Assembly (NCBI GenBank): GCA_030614005.1
Contig: JAUWKS010000003.1
Coordinates: 1,354 to 65,353, forward strand
Source of the DNA: Candidatus Heimdallarchaeota archaeon
Lineage (GTDB): Archaea > Asgardarchaeota > Heimdallarchaeia > JABLTI01
Length of the DNA: 64,000 nucleotides
Direction: 5' to 3'
Positions within the stretch are counted from its first letter, which is position 1. Each line of letters opens with the position of its first letter. A program made the translations under genes and the position numbers. This document shows, piece by piece, positions 56,805 to 64,000 of the stretch. The notes under the pieces were generated by a model. It had not been told where the DNA came from. It saw nothing but the letters and a program-made list of their open reading frames with translations, and did no database searches.

Positions 56805-57335
56805 TTGATTAACATAGCTAAGACAATACTCAACACATTTATTACTGCTGTTTTTGCGTTAAGTGTAACGTTATTTTCCGCTTATTTTATTGACCGTCAA
56901 CCAGTAACATTTTGGGTTTTAGTAGTGTTAATTTGGATTATTGCAGGTATTATTAATGGACTCTTTTTTGAAGAGTGGAAAGAAGCGTTAATATCCGGTG
57001 GACTAATAAGTGGCACTATTTTTCTCGTTATATCTTTGTTTTTGATAATACTAAAGCTATTTTCTGAAGCAATAGTTGAATACTTTTCAGGTTTGAACAT
57101 CTACCAAGTAGAGGATATCCTTGGAATCTCCTTTTTGATTGGTTTGTTGTTTGCTCTTGGAGGTGGAGTGATTTTTACTGGCTCCGCTATAGCAACAATT
57201 TATATTACAAAAAGTATTAAAAAATCAGAAGGTATTCAATCAACTCAAAATTACGAATCAGAGTTATTTGAACAGTACGAAACCCCTGATGATGCGGGGG
57301 AGTATATTTCCTCTGAAAATAAGGAGGAAATTTGA
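56805..57335 (+). CDS. Hypothetical membrane protein (4 TM helices, acidic C-terminus)
   Basis: TTG start with GAGGAA 5 nt upstream; strongly hydrophobic helices. Confidence 0.45.
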   Translation: MINIAKTILNTFITAVFALSVTLFSAYFIDRQPVTFWVLVVLIWIIAGIINGLFFEEWKEALISGGLISGTIFLVISLFLIILKLFSEAIVEYFSGLNIYQVEDILGISFLIGLLFALGGGVIFTGSAIATIYITKSIKKSEGIQSTQNYESELFEQYETPDDAGEYISSENKEEI

Positions 57336-57463
57336 TAGACAAATTTCAGTCTGTTCAACTTTTAATATTAAGAATTACTCCTATATTTAATCGCAAGGTT
57401 ATTATTTGAATCTCGCTACGTTTACAACGAAATTCGTATATTATTTATGATTCTTCGTGATGG

Positions 57464-57898
57464 ATGAAAGAAATGTTTGACCAACTAGATAAAGAAATAA
57501 TTGATCTATTAAGAGACGATTCAAGAATTACAAATATTCAAATTGCTAAAAAAATTAAGAGAAGCGAATCAACTGTTAGGCAAAGAGTAAATAAATTAGT
57601 AGAGAAAGGAATAATAAAAAAATTCTCTATTATGGTAGATCCAATTGCTTTAGGTTTCAATACCATTGCATTTATCGGAATTAATACTCATCCTAGTCGT
57701 TTACTTAAAGCAATAAAAGCATTGAAAAAAATAGATGAAATAATCTTCATTTCCACAACCACAGGTGATTATATGATTCTTTGTCAAATCTGGGCAGAGG
57801 ATGGAGTTCATTTATCTGAAGTAGTTGATAAAATAGAAGAAATCGATGGTGTTCTAGAAGTTTTACCATCAATAATCCAAGAACGGCATAAAGAGTAG
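57464..57898 (+). CDS. Lrp/AsnC-family transcriptional regulator
   Basis: N-terminal HTH (LDKEIIDLLRDDSRITNIQIAKKIKRSESTVRQRVNKLVEKGIIK) plus a C-terminal RAM domain; 144 aa. Confidence 0.75.
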   Translation: MKEMFDQLDKEIIDLLRDDSRITNIQIAKKIKRSESTVRQRVNKLVEKGIIKKFSIMVDPIALGFNTIAFIGINTHPSRLLKAIKALKKIDEIIFISTTTGDYMILCQIWAEDGVHLSEVVDKIEEIDGVLEVLPSIIQERHKE

Positions 57899-57922
57899 TT
57901 ATTTAGTAGTTAGCTAATTCTT

Positions 57923-58873
57923 CTATTTGTCTTTAATGTAATCCAATGGATAATGCTTTTCGATTAAATTTTTTATATTCACTTCAGTATGATTGTTAAC
58001 GGATCTTACCATTTTATCAAGTAAGCTTTTGACTATTTGAACTGCTCGTGCTGCAGGATCCATTTCACCAACAAATATGCCAATGACATTTTTCTTCTCC
58101 TTTATGAGAACTAATTGTTTATTATCTACTTGAAGGAGAGATTCTGCAGTCTCAAATCCAGCCATCTGTTTAATAAATTTGATTATCTCATAGCGACCTT
58201 TTTTGAACAATGGAACATTTTTAGCTTGTGTCTTTGGTTTTCCAAAGAGAGTTGTTTCTACTTCCATTCCTTCACTTTTGAAGAAATAGTAACCATGGAT
58301 TTTAACAATGTTCTTAGGAATATCTTCGTCTTTACATAATTCCAATGTTAACCAATCCCAAGATTCGAAGAGCATTGCACCTGTTAATGCTGAGCATCTG
58401 GTAAAATTGTATTTTCTTTGCAAACGTACTAGTTCACCGAAATCAATTATATTTAATATCTCATCTGTAGAAGCAGCATCTTCAAGATCTATTTTATTTG
58501 AAATAAATAAAATAGGTGCTGTCTTATTAAAAGAGAGAGCTCTATTAAATTCCTCCGAAGCTAATTCAAATCTGCCCTTATCTGCAGAATCTAAAACAAA
58601 GACAAGTCCATCTGCGCTTGTAATAAATTTCTCCCATAAGGATTCTCTCAAAGGAGTTTGTCCCCCTAAGTCGTACACTATAAATTCCAAAGATCGGTAT
58701 TTGTATACTTCAATATTAACTCCGAAAGTAGGTCGAGTAAGAGTAAATTCTGATCTTAGTATTCTTTTAACAATTGTTGTTTTTCCTGCACCATCTAAAC
58801 CAACGATAGCAACTGATTTCTTTTCAGCATTTCCTTCTTCTTTTGCTTTAGTTAATCTTCTAAATAAAGACAT
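57923..58873 (-). CDS. Arf/Sar-family small GTPase fused to a C-terminal alpha/beta domain of about 130 aa (roadblock/longin-like?)
   Basis: N-terminal amphipathic helix (MSLFRRLTKAKEEG), G1 GLDGAGKTT, G2 T in ...LTRPTFGVN, G3 YDLGGQ, G4 NKID, G5 CSAL. The G domain ends near residue 185; residues 190-316 (...KIHGYYFFKSEGMEV...NVIGIFVGEMDPAARAVQIVKSLLDKM...) form an extra domain. Confidence 0.7.
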   Translation of the reverse strand: MSLFRRLTKAKEEGNAEKKSVAIVGLDGAGKTTIVKRILRSEFTLTRPTFGVNIEVYKYRSLEFIVYDLGGQTPLRESLWEKFITSADGLVFVLDSADKGRFELASEEFNRALSFNKTAPILFISNKIDLEDAASTDEILNIIDFGELVRLQRKYNFTRCSALTGAMLFESWDWLTLELCKDEDIPKNIVKIHGYYFFKSEGMEVETTLFGKPKTQAKNVPLFKKGRYEIIKFIKQMAGFETAESLLQVDNKQLVLIKEKKNVIGIFVGEMDPAARAVQIVKSLLDKMVRSVNNHTEVNIKNLIEKHYPLDYIKDK

Positions 58874-59125
58874 ATGATTAATTCCCTTTGTTTGTGAAAA
58901 GATTATTTATCACTCAGTTTCCCTCAATGAATTATTTTGCAAGGGAATTCTATATATTATCAGAAATAGCTCTAATACTAAAAGTTTTAGTTTTGGTTAA
59001 AAACGAAAAAAAACGGTAAAAAACGACAAAAATCACTTTTCATAGATAATTTTTTCTTATAGCAAACAAATAAAAAGTTAGTAGATATGATATGGTGAAG
59101 GATTAAATAATTATGGTGCTGAAAA

Positions 59126-60052
59126 ATGAGTCAAGATTATATTATTGAAGTTAGAAATTTAGTTAAAAAGTATGGCTCAGTAGAAGCACTTTCAGAAATA
59201 TCATTTAAAATAAGTAAAGGACAAATTTTTTCTCTTCTAGGTTCAGATAGTTCTGGAAAAACTTCATTAATAGAAATTTTAGTAGGTCTGCGAAAACCAA
59301 CTTCCGGAGAAGCCTTTGTTTTAGGTTTTAATATTAATAGTAAAACAGAGATGCGTGAGATTAAGAAAAGAATCGGCGTATTACCACAAGAATTCAAAAC
59401 ACATGATAATCTTACTGTGAAAGAAAATATTTTGTTTTGGGGAAAAATGTATGACAAAATGGTTGACCCCATAGAATTAATGAAACTATTGAAACTTGAT
59501 GAAGTAGCAAATGTTCGATATAAAAAACTGTCAAATACATTGAAACAAAAAGTTGGGATAGCTACTACTCTTGTAAGTGATCCTGAGATTATCTTTCTTG
59601 ATCAACCTACTGCTGGTCTTGACTATTATATTAAGAAAGAAATTTGGCAAGTATTGATGGATTTACGTGAACAAGGAAAAACTATCTTTCTAACCTCAAA
59701 TGATGTATTAGAACCACAAGCAATCGCCGATAGAGTTGCAATACTCCATAATGGTATAATAAAAGATATTGGCTCACCCAATGAATTGATTGATAGATAT
59801 AGTAGTGAAAAGAAATTCATTATAAGATGTCCAAACAAGGATATAACTAAGAACGCCTTGAAAGCTTTACAGGAAATCGAAGTTGCAGAAACCGAAACTG
59901 GTGATTTAGTTGTTTCAAGCGATGAGATAACCCTACTAGAATTATTAGAAAAATTAGAGAAATTTAATGTTAAATATTCAGATATAATTACTCAAAGTCC
60001 TTCTTTGAATGATGTCTTTCTAATTTTAACAGGAGAAGAATTACGTAAATAA
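59126..60052 (+). CDS. ABC transporter ATP-binding protein (ABC-2 type)
   Basis: Walker A LLGSDSSGKTS, signature-like LSNTLKQKVG, Walker B IIFLDQPTAGLD, H-loop; C-terminal accessory domain. Confidence 0.75.
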   Translation: MSQDYIIEVRNLVKKYGSVEALSEISFKISKGQIFSLLGSDSSGKTSLIEILVGLRKPTSGEAFVLGFNINSKTEMREIKKRIGVLPQEFKTHDNLTVKENILFWGKMYDKMVDPIELMKLLKLDEVANVRYKKLSNTLKQKVGIATTLVSDPEIIFLDQPTAGLDYYIKKEIWQVLMDLREQGKTIFLTSNDVLEPQAIADRVAILHNGIIKDIGSPNELIDRYSSEKKFIIRCPNKDITKNALKALQEIEVAETETGDLVVSSDEITLLELLEKLEKFNVKYSDIITQSPSLNDVFLILTGEELRK

Positions 60053-60077
60053 GCTAACTGATATTTGGTGATAAAAT

Positions 60078-61265
60078 TTGAGTGAAGATATTGTCCAATC
60101 TGATGAAACACCCCCAAACCAATTCAAATTGTTCATCAGAAAAATAAAAGCCTTTTTCCGTCCAGTTGGAAATAGCTTAAGGAGAATATCAAATCAAATC
60201 GGTGGGCTTAGTTTAGGTTTTTTCAGATCACCTGGATTAATTTTTCTCACAATTGTTCTACCAATCATCTTAACATTACTATTTGGAGCACTATTTGGTA
60301 GTACAATAGATACAAATTATCAGTTAGATGTTCTCGATAAAGATCAAAGTGATGCGTCAATACAGTTTACCGATTATTTGGGAAATGACACTGGTTTGAT
60401 GATAGAGGTGCTTGATGAGACAAGTATTAACCCAGTCGAATGGTTGAAAGAGAATACTAAAACTATTTTACTGGTAATACCAATGAATTGGGGCGCATTT
60501 ATTAACGATTCAGATCAAACCGATTTAACAGTTTATTATGATCATTCATCATCATCTGCAAAAACTACTTTGAAAATAATTGAAGAGGCTGTAATAGAAC
60601 TCAATTTTGAAATATTAGCAATAGATAATACTTTGGGCGTAGAAACTGAAAGTCTTTATGTAACTAATTTAGAATTCATTGATTCACTTGTTCCTGGAAT
60701 AATAATGATTTCTGTTTCAACAATTGCTCTGATTACTAGTCTTAGTTATGATATCAACGAAAAACAGAGTGGTATATTACGTAAATTCGTTACAACACCC
60801 GTTTTTAAATTCGAATGGGTGTTTGCAAAGCAATTTTGGCAAATAATTCTAGCATTTCTTGCTAGTACTTTAACAGTCTTATTTGCTTTAATTTTTGATT
60901 TTCAAGTTACAAAATTGCATCCTGCGATGCTAGTAATAATTTTTTATGGATCATTAACATTTTCTGGTATAGCAATGATACTCGTAAGACTAATCTCTAA
61001 TCCAGATGGTGTTATGCTTGCATCTGTATTATTTACTATTCCACAAATTCTACTAAGTGGAGCATTAATTCCAATAGATACTTTTCCAACATTTTTACAA
61101 TATGTCGCTCGGATATTTCCGATATATTATCTAACAGAAGTGATGAGAGCATTAATGCTCGATCCTTCTCAAGGAGTTTTTTGGATTAATTTCTCCATAT
61201 CAACAGTATTGGCAATAGGCTTCTTTACTATGGGTATAATAGTCACAAAATGGAAACAAGATTAA
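60078..61265 (+). CDS. ABC-2 family transporter permease
   Basis: N-terminal TM helix, large extracytoplasmic loop, then five C-terminal TM helices; typical ABC-2 topology; TTG start. Confidence 0.6.
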   Translation: MSEDIVQSDETPPNQFKLFIRKIKAFFRPVGNSLRRISNQIGGLSLGFFRSPGLIFLTIVLPIILTLLFGALFGSTIDTNYQLDVLDKDQSDASIQFTDYLGNDTGLMIEVLDETSINPVEWLKENTKTILLVIPMNWGAFINDSDQTDLTVYYDHSSSSAKTTLKIIEEAVIELNFEILAIDNTLGVETESLYVTNLEFIDSLVPGIIMISVSTIALITSLSYDINEKQSGILRKFVTTPVFKFEWVFAKQFWQIILAFLASTLTVLFALIFDFQVTKLHPAMLVIIFYGSLTFSGIAMILVRLISNPDGVMLASVLFTIPQILLSGALIPIDTFPTFLQYVARIFPIYYLTEVMRALMLDPSQGVFWINFSISTVLAIGFFTMGIIVTKWKQD

Positions 61266-61283
61266 AGCGGTGGTTGAAAACAA

Positions 61284-62441
61284 ATGGTACCTGAATATCT
61301 TCAAAAACTAATCAATTTTTTCACGCACCTCCGAAATAGTTTTAGAAGGATTAGAAACCACATAGGCATTTCTATACGACTGTTTTATCGATCACCTGGA
61401 TCAATTTTCCTTCTGGTAATTTACCCTATGATATTGTTATTGCTATTCGGATCCATTTTTGCAACTGAAGATGCCTTTACATTCCATTTAGAAGTTCAGG
61501 ATAAAGATGGGACTTCATTTTCAGAAGGATTAATCCAGGAATTAGATAATCAAGACATACTTGTTATTCATCGTTTAGATTCAACAATTAATCCCAAAGA
61601 GTATTTGCAAGAGAATAATTTACATTCTTGCTTAGTCATACCTCTAAATTGGACCGATAATAGCATTAATCCTACTATTTCAACCTCAAATGTAACTCTA
61701 ATCATCGATCCAAACTCAAATAAAGCGCACAGAGTTGCTCTTATTGTTTTAAAAACAGTAAAAGATTATTCATTATCTATCAGCGGTGAGGAGCCACCAA
61801 TTGGAATAACTGAAGTAAACTTCTATTCAGATTCTGTCAGTTATATTGATTTCTTTATTCCTGGTATTATTGGCGTTATTATCATGAATACTGGAATATT
61901 GGGTGTTATCAACCGTCAAGTGCATTTCAAAAAATCAGGCTTATTTAGAAAATTGGCTACTACACCAATTACCCGTTGGGAATATGCTACAGCGGAAATT
62001 GGTTGGCAATATTTAATTGCCTTTTTTACAACTCTCTTAGCATTTTTAGTGGCATGGGCAGTCTTTTCGTTTAGTTGGGGTAGTTTTGATGAATTGATAC
62101 CTATAATATTATTTGTGGGAGTGTTGGTATTTTCTGGTATCGGTTTAATAATAAGTCAGCTTGTTCGAAATCCCAATAATGCTTTAGCAGTAGGAACGTT
62201 AGTAACTCTACCTATGCTGTTTTTAAGTGGAATATTTTTTGATATATCTGGTATACAAGCATTGGTCATCATTTCAAAATTCTCTCCCTTAACATATATA
62301 GTAGAAGCATTGCGATCTTCAATGATAAATCGAAACTTTTCATATGCATGGCTAAATATAGGGATAGCATTTGCTATTGGTATAACAGCTTTTGTTGTTG
62401 GCGTATTCCTAACGCAATGGGATGTAGATAAAAAACAATAA
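61284..62441 (+). CDS. ABC-2 family transporter permease (second, paralogous)
   Basis: Same topology and length as the upstream permease; conserved N-terminal ...FRRI.N.IG... region shared with its paralog. Confidence 0.6.
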   Translation: MVPEYLQKLINFFTHLRNSFRRIRNHIGISIRLFYRSPGSIFLLVIYPMILLLLFGSIFATEDAFTFHLEVQDKDGTSFSEGLIQELDNQDILVIHRLDSTINPKEYLQENNLHSCLVIPLNWTDNSINPTISTSNVTLIIDPNSNKAHRVALIVLKTVKDYSLSISGEEPPIGITEVNFYSDSVSYIDFFIPGIIGVIIMNTGILGVINRQVHFKKSGLFRKLATTPITRWEYATAEIGWQYLIAFFTTLLAFLVAWAVFSFSWGSFDELIPIILFVGVLVFSGIGLIISQLVRNPNNALAVGTLVTLPMLFLSGIFFDISGIQALVIISKFSPLTYIVEALRSSMINRNFSYAWLNIGIAFAIGITAFVVGVFLTQWDVDKKQ

Positions 62442-62501
62442 TCCCTCCCTCATATATTCATCTATGTGGGGAGTGAAGATTATTTACGAGGATAAAACAC
62501 T

Positions 62502-63065
62502 ATGTCAAAAGAATTGTCTATTACCTTTGTCACGAATAATCAAGAAAAAATTGCTGATATTGAATTAATGTTAGGAGAAACAGTCAATCTGAATTTTGTT
62601 TCAGATATTGAATTATTAGAAATTCAATCATTATCAGTTGAAGATGTTGTAATATCTAAAGCAAAGCAAGCTTATGAAAAATTGGGAAAACCTGTTGCTG
62701 TATCTGATAGCGGTTTAGAAATAACCAGTTTGAACAAATTTCCAGGAGCCTTAGTGAAATTTGTTAATGAAACGATTGGTCAGGAAGGGTTGGTTAAATT
62801 GCTCGAAGGAAAAGGAAATAGACAAGCCTATTTCGTAGCTGCAATTGCATATTGTACTTCAAAAGACGATATTGCTGTTTTTGTAGAGAGAGATGAGGGA
62901 GCCATTGCAGAAAAACCTCGAGGGGAAGGATGGCATTTTGATAAAATATTCATTCCGAAAGGGGATACTCTAACTTGGGCTGAAATTGGACGAGAAAATA
63001 AGAATATTCATTCTGCATTTCGAAGAGCATTAACGAATATGTCTGAAAATGTAAGAAAAAAATAG
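62502..63065 (+). CDS. Non-canonical purine NTP pyrophosphatase (Ham1/RdgB/ITPase family)
   Basis: ITFVTNNQEKIAD, KFPGALVKFV, AAIAYC and FIPKGDTLTWAEI match ITPase motifs; 187 aa. Confidence 0.75.
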   Translation: MSKELSITFVTNNQEKIADIELMLGETVNLNFVSDIELLEIQSLSVEDVVISKAKQAYEKLGKPVAVSDSGLEITSLNKFPGALVKFVNETIGQEGLVKLLEGKGNRQAYFVAAIAYCTSKDDIAVFVERDEGAIAEKPRGEGWHFDKIFIPKGDTLTWAEIGRENKNIHSAFRRALTNMSENVRKK

Positions 63066-63101
63066 CTAGTCAAAATGACTAGCATTATGATAGATGGTTA
63101 A

Positions 63102-64000
63102 TTATATTTCATCCCGATCTGCAATCGGATTTCTAGTGAATAGAACAAACGAATAAATCAGAAATGATCCATAAATGAGTTTTATTATTATTGGGATACT
63201 TTGATGAATTCCTACTTTTAGAAAACTTGCGAAAAATGAGAAATAGGAAGGTACAACTAAACCAATGAGAAAGACTGCAATGATTATCTGAATTATTAAA
63301 TCATATTTTTCCATCTTCTTTCGTTGAATGGTTGTTTTTCCTCCTAATACTACAGATAATCCTCCTATAGGTGCAACTATTAGCATAGAAAGACCAATAG
63401 GGATAAACAACGCATTCCGAATGACTTGTTTTATTTTCCAATAGTACTTTCTCATATCCTCAAATTGACGATTGAGTACAGTTCGTGGGTCTTTTTTCCG
63501 TCGAATAAAGAAAAAAATTCTTCTCTTTTTCTCTTCTTTTACTCTCGAAATGAATTCTTTTGTTGGGTCTCTATAAACTCTGATAGCAGGAACGATATAA
63601 AGTGAAATTATACCTACTGCTGCCATAATTCCTTTGTAATATTCCATAACATTATCTAAAGTATTAAGTGCGCCAATTTGTGTGCCATCTACCCATCGAA
63701 TTATTGGGTTAATGAGTCCAATTATTGTTAACACAATACCCACAATGATCATTATGTAAATTGGAACTAACATAATTAATTTGAATCTTCTCGGATCAAT
63801 ATCTTCTTGAGTAGTAATTACTTTCTCAGATAGTTTTCCACGGTATTGTTTTTGTTTTTCTTTGAGTTTCTTCTCCTCTTTTGAGAGTTCTTCTGAAAAT
63901 TCTTCTTGATCCTCTTTAAGTTCCTTTTCTTTCTTCTCAAGCTTTGCATATTCTTTCTTAGCTTTCTTCTCATTCCACTTTCCAGTTTCTAGCTTATCTT
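63102..64000 (-). CDS. Hypothetical membrane protein, 5-prime truncated by the window end
   Basis: ORF track gives 63102..63773 from an internal Met, but the frame stays open upstream to position 64000. The upstream part encodes a charged coiled-coil segment (...EKKEKELKEDQEEFSEELSKEEKKLKEKQKQYRGK...) before the TM helices. Confidence 0.4.
   Translation of the reverse strand, partial: DKLETGKWNEKKAKKEYAKLEKKEKELKEDQEEFSEELSKEEKKLKEKQKQYRGKLSEKVITTQEDIDPRRFKLIMLVPIYIMIIVGIVLTIIGLINPIIRWVDGTQIGALNTLDNVMEYYKGIMAAVGIISLYIVPAIRVYRDPTKEFISRVKEEKKRRIFFFIRRKKDPRTVLNRQFEDMRKYYWKIKQVIRNALFIPIGLSMLIVAPIGGLSVVLGGKTTIQRKKMEKYDLIIQIIIAVFLIGLVVPSYFSFFASFLKVGIHQSIPIIIKLIYGSFLIYSFVLFTRNPIADRDEI

Noticed and set aside
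58308-58877. Plus-strand 189-aa ORF antisense to the Arf-like GTPase
   Set aside because: It completely overlaps a CDS with a full set of G1-G5 motifs, and the product is Ser/Leu-rich low complexity.
1-64000. CRISPR arrays, rRNA or tRNA genes
   Set aside because: No regularly spaced direct repeats, no GC-rich structured segments of rRNA or tRNA character, and no cloverleaf-capable sequence were found in any intergenic region larger than 60 bp.

Overview
The window is AT-rich (about 31-33% GC), gene-dense and almost entirely protein-coding. Read by eye on both strands it shows no rRNA, tRNA or CRISPR array. The gene content is archaeal. Informational genes include the PolD small subunit, archease, the aIF6-LX-prefoldin alpha-FtsY cluster, uL11, DGGGP synthase and an archaeal-type D-aminoacyl-tRNA deacylase. 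Several eukaryote-like genes point to an Asgard (Lokiarchaeia-like) genome, which is inference only. These are an Arf/Sar-family small GTPase with a C-terminal extra domain, a GTPBP1-family translational GTPase, a C2H2 zinc-finger protein, and three paralogous surface proteins that combine an Asp-box-like beta-propeller, thrombospondin type-3 (TSP3) calcium-binding repeats, one TM helix and a cytoplasmic tail. Metabolic genes include glycine cleavage H/P-alpha/P-beta with a lipoate-protein ligase, a fused ADP-forming acetyl-CoA synthetase, ornithine carbamoyltransferase, a PfkB kinase, thioredoxin reductase, a prolyl oligopeptidase and an M24 prolidase. A DmrX-like Fe-S flavoprotein sits with a DHPS-like pterin-binding protein, which looks like a methanopterin-biosynthesis pair. 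A MoxR-VWA pair and an ABC-2 transporter operon are also present. The most interesting parts of the window are as follows. First, the receptor-like surface-protein family, which includes a decayed copy carrying an in-frame stop and a frameshift. Second, a secreted two-HKD phospholipase-D-like enzyme with a lamin-tail domain and a PGF-CTERM-like anchor. Third, a beta-CASP metallo-beta-lactamase gene coupled to a ParB/Srx-like gene. Fourth, repeated AAAGCAGTA motifs in the dmrX promoter. Fifth, a GC-rich, probably foreign, gene at 32986-33513. Sixth, two unannotated small zinc-ribbon or homopolymer-frameshifted ORFs near 56.2-56.7 kb. The ORF track uses TTG and GTG as starts; where an in-frame ATG with a Shine-Dalgarno-like motif is visible I give that start instead.
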